A stretch of DNA of 63,534 bases, filler included, from Octopus bimaculoides (lineage: Eukaryota), in NCBI RefSeq assembly GCF_001194135.2. It is 6 parts of 6 records of this genome, joined end to end, with 100 filler letters (N's around TTAATTAATTAA, not from the genome) between each part and the next. Parts side by side here need not be neighbours in the genome. Positions count along the whole stretch, not along the records: positions 1 to 24,623 come from NC_068985.1; 5 more parts are not named here. One strand, written 5' to 3'. The notes under the pieces are model-generated. The model did not search any database and was not told where the DNA came from. It saw only the letters and a program-made list of their open reading frames with translations. The translations under genes were made by a program, and so were the position numbers. Below, in pieces: positions 11,824 through 24,679 of this stretch (positions are counted from its first letter, which is position 1; the number at the start of each line of letters is the position of its first letter).

Positions 11824-12763
11824 GACAAAAAAGAAGCGAACGTTTTGTTGTGCAAACTTATGAAAATCGTAAAATATGGAAGACTTGTTAACTGGGGTAG
11901 CTGAGTTGCAAAAACAACAATAACAACACAAAGGACAACGATAACAACAACAGCAAGGATCGCAGCAACAAATGTTACAACTAATGAAGTTGATAACCAA
12001 ACTGGAGAATACATTTTCGCCTGGTCATGTAGCAAATTCCATAACCAAATTCAAATATGACCCCCGAAGAAGGAGTAACCTTCGAGACTTACTTGCGAAG
12101 ATTTTAACAAATTTTTGAAAAAGAATGTCAGGATTGGACTGACGAAATGAAAACGCATCTAGTTTTAAGAAAATTAGCGACAGCAGAGCATGAGAAGAAG
12201 TATAGTAACTTCATATTGTCAAGAAAAAAAAAAGTACAACATAAATTTCATCGACACATTTGACTTTTTGTGCAAAATGTTTAGTGAAAGAGCTCACTGT
12301 TTAATACTAGATGGAAATGTTGAAACATGGAAAAGAGCGAAGATTAAGACTTCACTACTTATACAGACAGAGATTTAGGCTAGATATGCTTACTCCAGAT
12401 TCTTTCAAGTGTTTGATTTTTGTACAAGGATTGACAGATAAAAAGGATGCAAAAATTCGAACGAAAATTCTAGCAAAACTAGAAACTAACCAGGATTTGA
12501 CATTGCAGAAACTGTCGGAAGTGTGTGACATGATATTAAATTTAAGGCAAGACACAGAAGAAATTTAACGGAAAGAGTATTTTCACATAAGACCACTGTA
12601 AAAAAGTAGGAAGACAAATAAAGTGTTGCAGGAAAAAGAAGAAATATTGACCCATGTATAGCATGTGGTGGGATGTACCTGAAAAAAGATTGTTCGCATA
12701 AAAAAGCAAAGTGTTTTCGCTGCGGGGTTTACCAGACATATAAAACTGTACTGCAAAACTAGA

Positions 12764-13099
12764 ATGATTGGAAGTTGGAACAAACAAGAAAAAATAAATA
12801 GTTTGTCAGCAGGAAAAGTTGCGACTACAACAAACAGAGAATTCGTGAATGTGATAATTGAAACCACTAGTGTCAGAATGCAATTAGACACGGGAAGTGT
12901 CATCACAATCATAAATGGGAAAACATGGGAACAAGCGGGTAAATCAAAATTATGTAGTCCAAACAAAATAGCGTATGGTGTTACAGGAAGAAAATTATAT
13001 ATCACGGGCGAATGCGTTTGTAATATAATGTTCAAAAGGTCGAACCAAAAATGTGAATGTTTATGTGTTGAAAAAATCCATGAATTTATTTGGCACTGA
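12764..13099 (+). pseudogene. Gypsy aspartic protease remnant
   Basis: MQLDTGSVITIINGKTWEQAGK, with the retropepsin D-T-G motif. Confidence 0.9.
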
Positions 13100-13329
13100 A
13101 TGTATGGAGAAATTTAATTTATGGGATATACCCATAAGCGTTTTGTGCAATAATGTAAATGGAGCAGTCAAACGATAAAACAAAGTCGATGAACTGAAAC
13201 AAATGAAAGTGATGTGGAAAAAATAAAAACAAATGCGAGAAATGACAAATTTATTGATGTCACAAAAAGAAAGCTGTGATCGACAAAAGAAAATAAAGGT
13301 CTGATGCAAAGAACCGCGAAGATGTGAGC

Positions 13330-13990
13330 GTGTACTCTATATGTGATGATGTACTAATGTACGCTCAGAGGGTGGTCATACCACAGATATTACAGAAGGG
13401 AATGCTAAAAGAGTTCCATGTGGGACACCCTGGCATCTCTTGAGTGACAGTGCTGATGCAAAGTTTCGTATACTGGCCAAGCATAGACAAAAAAGTCGAA
13501 AACCTGGTAAAAGGCTGCAGAGGATTGCGCTGGCAGCGAAACTATCTGCTACAAAATGTGAACCTTGACCGGAAGTGAAAATACCGTGGTTCCGATTGCA
13601 TATCGATTTTGCAGGTCCGGTAAATGGATATTATTACTTAATAGTAGTGGACAGCGACACAAAATGGCCTGAGGTTGCGAGGTGTAAACGACCAACTTCA
13701 TATACGGTAATAAACTTCTTACACGAGCTGTTCGCAAGATTTGGTGTACTGGATATAATTGTCTCTGATAACGAAACACAGTTTGTATCCTGTGAGCTTA
13801 AAAGATTCTGCGAGATGTTCACGTTAGAACATAAAATTGTAGCACAGTATCATCCTAGATTGAATGGAAGGCTCGAACAGTTCGTGGATACTTTTAAGAG
13901 AGCTTTAAAGAAAGCTAATAAGGAGGCCACGGACAAGGTCACTATCCAACAAATCTTACGGTAACTCCGAATCCAAATGCGCCAGAAGGA
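13330..13990 (+). pseudogene. Gypsy integrase remnant (zinc-binding region and rve core)
   Basis: DDVLMYAQRVVIP...EFHVGHPGIS...YWPSIDK...C; ORF 13575-13964 carries HIDFAGP, VSDNETQF and NGRLEQFVDTFK. Confidence 0.93.
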
Positions 13991-14599
13991 AGTTCACCAG
14001 CAAAATTAACGTTTGCCAGAAAGGTGAAGTCAGTATTCGATAAACTGTTACTGGCGAAGAAAAAAATACGTGCTAGTAGAGACATGCCAAAATTCTTTAG
14101 AATCGGTGATAAGGTATATATATGTAAGAATGTACAAAAATGGCAAGCAATACTGGGAAGAAGGAGAAATTGTAACATACATAGCAAGAATGATGTATGG
14201 TGTAAGAAGCAGAAATGGAAAGGAGACATAGAAATCAGCTTAAGGAAAGAGTCATAGAAAAGGAATCAACAAAAGTAGAAAAACTGATGGATTGGCTATA
14301 TGACACTTTTCTGGCTCCATCACCATTACAAGAAATCGAAACCACACGTACAAGGAAAAGGAAGAACACTGAATTCCTAAAAGTAGATACTAAGAAGATA
14401 AGATATTGAGTATATAAAAAAATAGGAGGTGGAGTGAATAAAAGAATCGATTGCTTAAAATTATTCAATTTATTAATGAAAGTAAAAAGACAAAAACTGG
14501 AATAACTTGTTACATATATAACATGTATGATACATACAAAAGAAAGACAAAAAGAACAGAAAAGAAATAAAAAAAACATCAATGCAGCATCAAGTACCT

Positions 14600-15850
14600 C
14601 AATTGGTTGCACACCACAAGATTCAACAGAACCTACTGAAGCAAGCCAGCACGCTCGCGGCATTACCACAAACGATGACGAGACTAAGGCGTTGGAAAAG
14701 CCAAGCACCCTCACGGGCATCACCAGACACTTGGGTGAGGCGAGCTACCAACGATGACAAGAACTTCGCGGTTAGTGGCCCAGTCACCCCAAACGTCTCG
14801 AATGCCACAGGTTGGAAGAGATAGTTCACTGCTAGGTGCCGGTATTTCAGGGTTTTGTTCCGTCCGGCTATGGAAGCAGTGGCACTCCCATTTACTACAG
14901 CTTCCAAGAGCAAAAGAGTCACAGACCGTGGTGTCCCAGATGAGCTACCTACCTCTTACTCAGGGGCAGAAGATAAGATCATCTAGTCTCTTTCCATCAC
15001 TTCTGGATATTCCCGCCAACTGTAGAACTAAGAGCATGTCAATCCGAGCCAGGATCCGCTTAATGATTAAGTTTAGCTCGGTGTGACGAGGGAAGCAACC
15101 AGCATTTAGACGGCAATACAGACCGTGAAGACCTGTGGGATCGCGAGACCTGCCACAGTGACATCTCAGTCTCCTACAGACGTCAGCTCCCACTCTGAGT
15201 GCGATGAAGATGTGGAGGTCATCCAGACTGAGTAGATCTCCAGTGTTGGCCACAGGCAGGGCATCAATCCAGCCCTCCGAAAATTTTACATTAGTAGAGA
15301 ATAGGCGACACCTTGAAAATTGATCAGATTGATCAAGGAGAAAGTTGAAAGTGGAATCTGAACGCAGACTGTCCCATACTCTCTGCTTCAGTCTATCCTC
15401 AACTATAACAGGAACTGACAAACCCACCTCTCTCCATTGTAGCAGAACTTCATCCATCTCCTTGTTGGAATTAGTCCATGCTGGAGAGGTGAGGATGTTG
15501 CCTACTAAATGGGAACAAGCATGGATGGAGGAAAGAAAACAAGGAAGAGACAAGCACTTGCGGTTGAGTAAAGCAGCCTGGTTGCGGGACTCTGGAGAGA
15601 GTTTGACATTAACCAAGCATTCCAGTTTCCTCAAGATTCGGTTGTTAAAACATTGGAGAAATGACGAGAATTCATAAGAGGGACTAACTCTGAGAAAATA
15701 CAATTACTTAGGAATCGACTTGTTTTTCAAAATAGACAATGACCTTCTTTCAAAGTTTCGACAAAGTTTCGTGAGAATTAAATTTAAAGTTGTTCACAGC
15801 TGGGGTAATCTTTCCTTTCAAGTTGCTTTTAATTCTACAATTGTATTTAA
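14600..15850 (-). mobile_element. 3' portion of a CRE-clade non-LTR retrotransposon (RT thumb, CCHC knuckle, restriction-like endonuclease)
   Basis: LKNKSIPK*LYFLRVSP...LECLVNVKL...QA...LSLPCFLSS; WIDALP...G.LLS.DD...ALRVG; CHCG...LHGLYC; RHTELN; DGKRLDD; P*VRGR*LIWDTTVCDSFA; NKTLKY...FQPVAFETFG...QRLSLVIVCGNAASVL. This matches the motif order of CRE/CnL1-type elements. Confidence 0.88.
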
Positions 15851-17649
15851 ACGTTACATATTGAGCGGTGTTTGTCTTTTCCGTAAACTGTTTGAAAAGT
15901 TACTTGACTTATTTCTTTGTGTGTATCGTTACTGCGCCGTGTTTACATAAATATGTTAAGATACACATATCGTTTATACGGATATGCTGCAATGTATGTA
16001 ATGTTTAAAATACTGATGTAGAAATATTCGTATGAAATCTTAACGCACTGTGTAGCTCAACTTCTCCAATATTTGGTACATGGTCTTCATACAAGCAGTA
16101 ATTACGCACGTCCAAGTGTCGGACTAACCATAACGGTCGCCGTGATTATGTATGTGTGTGTGTGTGTGTGTGCGTGTGTGTGCGTGCGTGTGTGTTTCGA
16201 AACAAAAACAAAACAACATACATCTATCTGCGGACGTGTATGTTTATCAAGAGCAGGGCTCAAAATTCACCAACGGAGTCTCAAGTGTAAAGGATAAATT
16301 TGTCTCAGTGCACAATGTACTTAGTGGTCAGCGATGGTCTTCCTCGGTCACTAATGGACAGCCACCATCGTCATGTTTTGTGTGTATGTGTGTAATTTAT
16401 GCATGTATACGTATCTATACCGTATCATAACCAATTACAGTGACTACAGAATCGGTATTGGCAGCAACTTAATAGACTTATTCTGGTGACAATTTTTCAG
16501 GAATTATTGTGCATTGAGGATAGTAAAATAACAACTACAAATATTTCGTAGTTCTTGAAATAGTAAACAACAACAGCAACAATCTAGGATAATGAAATAC
16601 ATATTCATTATTAATGTAGACTCTTTCTTTACAAAGACGTATTGCCTCATTAGACTAATTAATTACTGTTGTTGCTTATTTGCATATGATAATAACCTAT
16701 ATAAATGTCGGTGGGTTGGTTAATACTTTTCAGTCATGTTTTACATCGTATAGAAGGGAGAGAAAGAAGAGGGAAGAGAGGAGGAGAGGTGGAGGGAGAG
16801 CGAAAGAAGGGACAAGACAGGAGAGAGGGGAGGGAGGGATAGAGAGAGTTAAGATAACAGATGCAGGATGACTGCACATACTAGGCTTGGCGGCAGGCTG
16901 TGAGTAAAGGAATGCTTCACACACACACACGCACACACACACGCACACACGCGCACACACACACAACGCGAGAGAAAGAATCATATGTTGGAGGAGGGGA
17001 GGAGGAGAAGAGGAGAAGAGGAGGAGCAAATGACAGAGTAGTAAATATTTTCCATTTGAAAATTAGTTTTTATTAACTCATTTTGTATAAGCAAAGAAAT
17101 TTGATACAAGTCAAATTATAATGATTGTATATATGCCATATTTCTTGATGTTACCCCATGGTAGGAAAAATATACTTCCAAGGTTACTCGTCATATGACT
17201 GGTGACACTCTAATCTTCAAATAATTTGTTAAATAAATAGCAGTAATGTACGCAAAACTGAATCGCCTGTTATAATTCCATTCATATTTTAGGTATTTTA
17301 TCTATAGAAATAATACATTGACTCAAAACTTGACTGAAACTTTTTAATTTATCGACTAAAAAAAAATGAAAGGAAGAGAAATATTTTGTGATATAAACAA
17401 AGTGGAATTTGAACTCAGAACGTAATGGTTAACTAAATACACAACACTAGTGGAAGTGGGAAGGAAAGTATCACCAAACTGGAGACCTGGCCCGAATGCT
17501 TACAAATAGTATGGATTCCGTTCAAGGCCGCCATAGTGCCAGGCAGTGGTGTTCAACCAAGTGACTGATCGAGACTGTTACAAAAATAGGCCACAACAAA
17601 ATCCAAACTAAAAATGCAGGACGAATACCATTAGGTATCCAGACCGAGG

Positions 17650-17990
17650 CTTTAGTGATTCCACCAGGTCACTGTGCTACACTGGTACTTTATTTATTGA
17701 CCTTAAGAGGAAGAAAGGCAAATTTTGACATTGGCAAGCTTGAATTCAAAAACACAAGATAAATATATTTTCTATCATAAACGCAAGGCCGGAATTGTGG
17801 TGGTGAGAGCGCTAGACAATGCCACCGATCCAGTACGCAACTGGTACTGTATTTTATCGACCTTGAAGAAATGAAAGTCAAAGTCAGCCTCAGCGGAATT
17901 TAAAGCCTGAGTGTAAAGACGGACAAAATGCTGCTAAGCATTTTGTCCGGCGAGCTAATGATTCTGTCAGTTCACCGCCTTCAAGGTACA
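17650..17990 (-). mobile_element. Family A SINE, two partial copies
   Basis: Reverse complement of aaggcggtgaactgacagaatcattagctcgccggacaaaatgcttagc and its body. Confidence 0.8.
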
Positions 17991-18554
17991 GAAAAAATAT
18001 CGTTAGGCAATTCGTCCGACTTTACCAAGAGAAAAGCACGAACACCACTGAATCTATATCACCTTTCCAATATAGTAAATACTAATGAATTCTAGAATTG
18101 TAAGAAACGTCTAGAAATGCATAGAAATGGCTGGGAATTTCTGGAAATGTCTGGAAAGAAAACAAATATGATAACATTAAATGTCGGGGATAACAGATAG
18201 GCTGAACAACAGGGTTTGTTGATAAACCGTAACAGAAGGTAGTAGTAGTGGTGATGGTGGTAGTAGTTGTAGTAAGAGTAGTAGTACAAAATAAATAATT
18301 GATAGTCTGATAAGGAAATTTATCATAATGCCGCTGCTTGGAGGAAACACACATGCATATACACATACAAAGACACACACACATACATGCGCACACATGC
18401 ACACACATATGCTCACACACATAAAAATACACACGGAACTAGTGGTGTCTAAAGATAAAAGGTCGACATTATTACACAAGCGCGCACAGACAGACGTACA
18501 CACACGAGCGCGCATGCGCACTCGCACTCGCACTAATGTATGAGTGTCTCAGTT

Positions 18555-18585
<31 letters not shown>

Positions 18586-18658
18586 GGGTCGCTCTATCTC
18601 TCTCCCTTTCTTTACCTTCCACCACCCTCTCTGCATATTTCATATATATATGTGTGTG

Positions 18659-18749
<91 letters not shown>

Positions 18750-20505
18750 ATATGTGTATATATATACACACATACATATGTGTGTATATATATAAGTGTG
18801 TGTGTGTGTGTGTNNNNNNNNNNNNNNNNNNNNNNNNNNNNNNNNNNNNNNNNNNNNNNNNNNNNNNNNNNNNNNNNNNNNNNNNNNNNNNNNNNNNNNN
18901 NNNNNNNNNNNNNNNNNNNNNNNNNNNNNNNNNNNNNNNNNNNNNNNNNNNNNNNNNNNNNNNNNNNNNNNNNNNNNNNNNNNNNNNNNNNNNNNNNNNN
19001 NNNNNNNNNNNNNNNNNNNNNNNNNNNNNNNNNNNNNNNNNNNNNNNNNNNNNNNNNNNNNNNNNNNNNNNNNNNNNNNNNNNNNNNNNNNNNNNNNNNN
19101 NNNNNNNNNNNNNNNNNNNNNNNNNNNNNNNNNNNNNNNNNNNNNNNNNNNNNNNNNNNNNNNNNNNNNNNNNNNNNNNNNNNNNNNNNNNNNNNNNNNN
19201 NNNNNNNNNNNNNNNNNNNNNNNNNNNNNNNNNNNNNNNNNNNNNNNNNNNNNNNNNNNNNNNNNNNNNNNNNNNGGAAAACGAGACAGGAAAACGAAAC
19301 GGTGAATGAACAAACAAGCAAAAAGGCTGTGCAGCCAGACGTGAAGTGTGTATGTATTGAACGCTGTGAAGCACGAACAGGAGGGGCAAAGAAGTACGTG
19401 CGAGCTTGGGGAGTCCAGGAACGAAAAGAAATAGCAGCCGGACACACGTGACCAAGGCTGTGTAAAGAGAGAGAGTAAGAGTAGCAGAGGGAAAAGAAGG
19501 GGAGGAAGTAGAATATATGTGTGTGTGTGTTCATATATATTTGTGTGTGTGTGTGTGTGTAAGTATATACAAATACATACGGACATAAATGAGACAAAGC
19601 ACGTGCCCCATATCATGCATAGCGTAATCATTCTCAGGCGAAAATCTATATAGATACGTGAACGCAACGACACAAAACCATAGCACATCCACGTGCAAGC
19701 CACTACATAAGAGTTTCAATGGAAGCATAGTTCCCCCCTTTCTCTCTCTCGCTCTCTCTTTCTCTCTCTTTCGTTTTTTTTTCTCTGTACCTTTTCCGCT
19801 CACCTTTCCTCCATTCTGTGTGTGAGTATGAGTCTGTACATGTATGTATCTGTGTGTGCGTGTTTGCGTGTTCGCGCACATGCAAACATACACATACATA
19901 CAAACATCCACTCACGTTATATATATATATATATATATANNNNNNNNNNNNNNNNNNNNNNNNNNNNNNNNNNNNNNNNNNNNNNNNNNNNNNNNNNNNN
20001 NNNNNNNNNNNNNNNNNNNNNNNNNNNNNNNNNNNNNNNNNNNNNNNNNNNNNNNNNNNNNNNNNNNNNNNNNNNNNNNNNNNNNNNNNNNNNNNNNNNN
20101 NNNNNNNNNNNNNNNNNNNNNNNNNNNNNNNNNNNNNNNNNNNNNNNNNNNNNNNNNNNNNNNNNNNNNNNNNNNNNNNNNNNNNNNNNNNNNNNNNNNN
20201 NNNNNNNNNNNNNNNNNNNNNNNNNNNNNNNNNNNNNNNNNNNNNNNNNNNNNNNNNNNNNNNNNNNNNNNNNNNNNNNNNNNNNNNNNNNNNNNNNNNN
20301 NNNNNNNNNNNNNNNNNNNNNNNNNNNNNNNNNNNNNNNNNNNNNNNNNNNNNNNNNNNNNNNNNNNNNNNNNNNNNNNNNNNNNNNNNNNNNNNNNNNN
20401 NNNNNNNNNNNNNNNNNNNNNNNNNNNNNNNNNNNNNNNNNNNNNNNNNNNNNNNNNNNNNNNNNNNNNNNNNNNNNNNNNNNNNNNNNNNNNNNNNNNN
20501 NNNNN

Positions 20506-20538
<33 letters not shown>

Positions 20539-20794
20539 GCATTCAAATCCCCACACACAGCACACATACAGACATACACACACACACACAAACACATACA
20601 AACTCACACTTACACACACACATAATTTATATGTATACAAACAGTTATAAGTATGTATAACTATATTTGTGTATAACAGTCTAATACATACCGTAAAAGC
20701 AACAACCTGTCGCATTCAGCGAGTTTTGTGACGCGTTTTTGTCATATTTTTGCCTATTTATTCATTCAATTCTACAGATGGTCCTTGTAAATCT

Positions 20795-22040
20795 TTGATA
20801 AGCTAAACAATAGTGCAAACCATTATTTGAGACCTCCTCTGATATGTGGCATTTGGTGAATGAGGGAGTTTGATGCCGCTGCTCTCATTTGTGTTTCCTG
20901 CCGTGAGGTAGGCTCATTTGGAATCCTTGACAGGAGGAGTTCCAGTTTTGTTTTCAAGACACCTACATCCACACCATGCAGGTCTCCCAGTCATTTTGGA
21001 AGGATATTGAAGAGCTGCAGGCCCTTGAAACCCAAGCTGTTGTAGTATCTGGTCCTGCATAATGATGGAGATGTTGGGATCTTTGGTACTATGCAGTGGT
21101 GCCCCGTTCTGTTGTTTGCGTAACTTTCAATGCCAAAGTTTGGTACAAGGCCTTCCAGGATTTTCCAGATGCGTATCCCTGCATATCCTTCCCGCCTTCG
21201 TTCTACGGAGAGAAGTCTTAATTCTTTCAGTTTTTCCCAGTAGTTGATACATTGTATTGAGACGATTTTCTTAGTGTAGCCTCTTGGATTGCTTTGAGTT
21301 ACGCCGTTTATGTTATATTGTGTGGTGACCATAGTTGGGAGCAGTAGTCCAAGCGGCTGAGGATGTATGCCCTCCAAAGGACCGTCATTGTCTCCTTTTC
21401 TCTCGTTTTGAAAGTTCAGAGGATCCATCTAGCTAGCCGTCTACATTTTGTGACCAAATTGGTAATATACACGTGGAAAGATGCATTATTGCTCATATCA
21501 GTGCCCAGGTCATGCACTGATTTTAATTCAGAGATTGCAATTCCTCCTCAGCCAGTGTATCCTGTCTGCATAACGTTCAGCTTTGTGTACTGTTAGCACA
21601 GTGCTTGGAATATTTATGTATTAAGCTGCATGTTGTCCTCAGCTCACCTGTATATTGCGTCCAACTCCCGTTGCGGATGTGCAATATTTGCAGGATTTTG
21701 TACTGTCTGAGAGACTTTTGTGTCATCTGCATAGCTAGCAAGGGTGGCTATCTGAGCAACTGAGAGCATGTCTGCGACGGCCGCTTTGAATAGTAGTGGA
21801 CCTAAGACAGTGCCCTGCGGAACACCACTTGCTATTTGTGTTTCCTTGGAGGGGGCTCCGTTGGCCACCACTGCCTAACGTCTATCTTTTAGAAAGTCGT
21901 GCAGCCACCTTCCAAGTTTTCCGACTATGCCGAGGTCACGCAGTTTGTGACATATCATACCATGGTCGACTTTATCAAAGATTTTTGCAAAGTCGAGATA
22001 TAACACATCTACACTCGAGTCATTTAGCAGCTGTTTTAAC
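20795..22040 (-). mobile_element. 5'-truncated CR1/Jockey-group LINE reverse transcriptase and C-terminus, decayed
   Basis: VDVLYLDFAKIFDKVDHG...WLHDFLKDRR; SGVPQGTVLGPLLF; SYADDTK; YWEKLKELRLLSVERRRE...IWKILEGLVPNFGI. Confidence 0.93.
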
Positions 22041-22362
22041 ACCCATATATACACATACATACATACATACATACATATTACAAACAAATTAACAGGGTGT
22101 AATTTAACTATCATATGCGTGTGTATGCGTGAATGTATGTGCATGTACATCAGTGTACATGAGTGTTTCGGTAAGTCCGTGTGTCCGTGTTTCTAGTTAA
22201 GATCTAAGCTGTCATGTATTTTATGTCTGTGCTCTCGTTATATCTCGACAAATACAGATCTAAAATCCAAAAGTGCTGGTTGACAAAATTCTTGAAGGCG
22301 AGGCTTTAGCATGGCCGCTATTCAGTTCCTGAACACCACCCCCAATGCAAACACACATACAC

Positions 22363-22423
<61 letters not shown>

Positions 22424-22631
22424 NNNNNNNNNNNNNNNNNNNNNNNNNNNNNNNNNNNNNNNNNNNNNNNNNNNNNNNNNNNNNNNNNNNNNNNNNNNNN
22501 NNNNNNNNNNNNNNNNNNNNNNNNNNNNNNNNNNNNNNNNNNNNNNNNNNNNNNNNNNNNNNNNNNNNNNNNNNNNNNNNNNNNNNNNNNNNNNNNNNNN
22601 NNNNNNNNNNNNNNNNNNNNNNNNNNNNNNN

Positions 22632-22694
<63 letters not shown>

Positions 22695-22739
22695 ATTTAA
22701 TCCATAATCGTTAGTCTTCAAAATATATTGTTTTACTGA

Positions 22740-23360
22740 TTGTTCATTGGGAACTACATGATCCGGATGAGCCATAGGTGAAACAGACTATATTTTGTTG
22801 AGCTAATGGTTATTACTTAAATATTTTATATATATTCTCAGACTTGTCTTGCAGTTCTTTATTCTAAGTGGCCGGACATAACTTCTTTTTTGAACTTGTC
22901 GCCGCCCGGAATATGATAATATATCACATAACAACCTCTCGTAATACTATGTCGATGCCTCTTTCATTTCAGTGTCATTAAGATAGTATTTCGTTTTTAT
23001 TCCGTACTCCTGCTTTTCCCTTTGTTAAGTACATTTGATGTCTAACTTCTCTTCTAACTACTTGATATAATCCACTGGTGTCTCCTTTCTTCCATTCTTT
23101 TCACACTAATCACTTATCATATCTTTACCTATAGTCTCTATTTATATTACTATTCCATTATTATGTCACTTTCCGTCTGATCGGAACTGTGTCCTAGCCA
23201 CAGATGTGATCTGAATTTTACAGCAAGTTGTTCCATAGGAACTCTTAATTGTCTTCTATGTCTTTATCTCTACCTTCTTTTCAGGATTTCAGCAAATACT
23301 TCTCTGAATTTCTTCCAACTTTTCTTCAGGTTTCTCTATCTCTTGCCTCTTACTCTAAAA
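22740..23360 (-). mobile_element. Highly decayed RTE-like LINE linker fragment
   Basis: Manual translation KEWKKGDTSGLYQVVRREV...DTEMKEAST*YYERL...AHPDHVVPNE resembles the region between endonuclease and RT; many stops. Confidence 0.4.
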
Positions 23361-24144
23361 ACACGATTCACTAACACGCGCCGGGTGGTACATTCTTCAT
23401 CGAGGAAAGACTTAGCGTTCATAATTATCTGGCTATCATATTTCCGAGATAAAACGAAGCATATTTGGCCATTGTGTTCATTTGATTAGCATATGGCTAA
23501 GTAACTGACAAGTTAGTACAGGGTGTGACAGTAAAAGCACCCATATTTTTCATGGTTATTGATGTAATGCCAGGAAAGTTAAGCATGTGATAATGGTGAT
23601 TTCAATTAGCTAATGCTTTACGTTTTTTCTTTAAAGCCATTATAGTTTGAACGATGCACAGTGTGAATTTGTTACTAAAAAAAGTTAATCAAGAATGGTG
23701 AATCTGAGTGTCTTTTGCGGCACTCTATAGAAGAAAGTGTAGCAAATTAGCAGGTCGTTTATTGTCACAGAACCTTTTGAGCCTTGATCAGCCTTCGTCT
23801 TACGAACTAAAGCGATAACCTCTATGCAAACCATTGATTCTATCATGTCCAACATATCCGATGAAGCCCTCAGCAATGATGATGAGGTGATTGTCATTCG
23901 TCAACGAAGGTCTCGTAGAATTGGCCCTTCTCCTCGTCAGGCCGTCCAGACTGGCGTGTGTGTGTGTATGTGTGTGTGCGTGCGCGCGCGCATGTTTTCT
24001 TATCTGCACCTTTTTTGACCATCTCCCTCACATACTTTTTCTCCTCTTTCTCCTTGCACTACTACTACNNNNNNNNNNTCTCTCTTCACTATCTCGTTCT
24101 CTCTACGTCTTCACTTTTACACTCCTCTTTCCGTATTTTCCTCT

Positions 24145-24239
24145 ATGTCCTCTTTACACCTTACCTTCTCCCCCAATCGTTTCCCATTTCTTTTCTTTAC
24201 CTCTCTCTCTCTCCCTCTTCCTCCTCCTCCCTATCTTTC

Positions 24240-24276
<37 letters not shown>

Positions 24277-24623
24277 GCTCTGTCTACATCTACTGTCTAC
24301 TACTCACTCCTCTCTCTTCCTACGCATTCTCTCTGTCTTTCTCTTCCCAAATCCTCTCTCTATATCCCTCTGTCCATATCTACTAACTGTCATTCCCACT
24401 CCAAACTACTTCATCTTTCTCCTGTCTTCTTCTCCTCCTGTCTTCCCTTCTCTTTCTACCCTCTCTCTTCCTCTGTCTCTCCCTCACATATTTTCACTCC
24501 CACTCTCTCACTCCGTCAACGTAACGAACAATCTCTAGTAATTTTTCTTTCTCCCTTCCTATATTTCTCCCCACCTAATTGTTCATATTTGCATCTCCTC
24601 CTCCTCCTCCTCCTCCTCCTCCT
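24145..24623. repeat. CT-rich polypyrimidine low-complexity tract
   Basis: Directly visible. Confidence 0.9.
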
Positions 24624-24667
24624 NNNNNNNNNNNNNNNNNNNNNNNNNNNNNNNNNNNNNNNNNNNN

Positions 24668-24679
24668 TTAATTAATTAA
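24668..24679. other. Assembly spacer TTAATTAATTAA inside a 100-base N block (also at 35657-35668, 53904-53915, 58958-58969, 61617-61628)
   Basis: Identical 12-mer with stops in all six frames, each centred in an N run; artificial linker. Confidence 0.97.

Larger units (their letters stand above)
11876..14430 (+). mobile_element. Decayed Ty3/Gypsy LTR retrotransposon (K02A2.6/Mag-like): gag, protease and integrase, with RT/RNase H deleted
   Basis: gag MEDLLTGVAELQ...FKYDPEEGVTFETYLRRF; Cys-rich knuckle near 12650-12725; protease LDTGSVITII; integrase HVGHPG and PWFRLHIDFAGP...VVDSDTKWPE...VSDNETQF...YHPRLNG; purine tract aaaaaaataggagg near 14416-14430. Confidence 0.95.

Noticed and set aside
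14425-14560. Possible Gypsy 3' LTR after the purine tract
   Set aside because: No match to sequence upstream of gag was seen, and the region overlaps the probable 3' UTR of the CRE-like element.
24668-24679. Recurrent TTAATTAATTAA motif (five copies)
   Set aside because: Always centred in a 100-base N block with stops in all six frames; an assembly linker, not biology.
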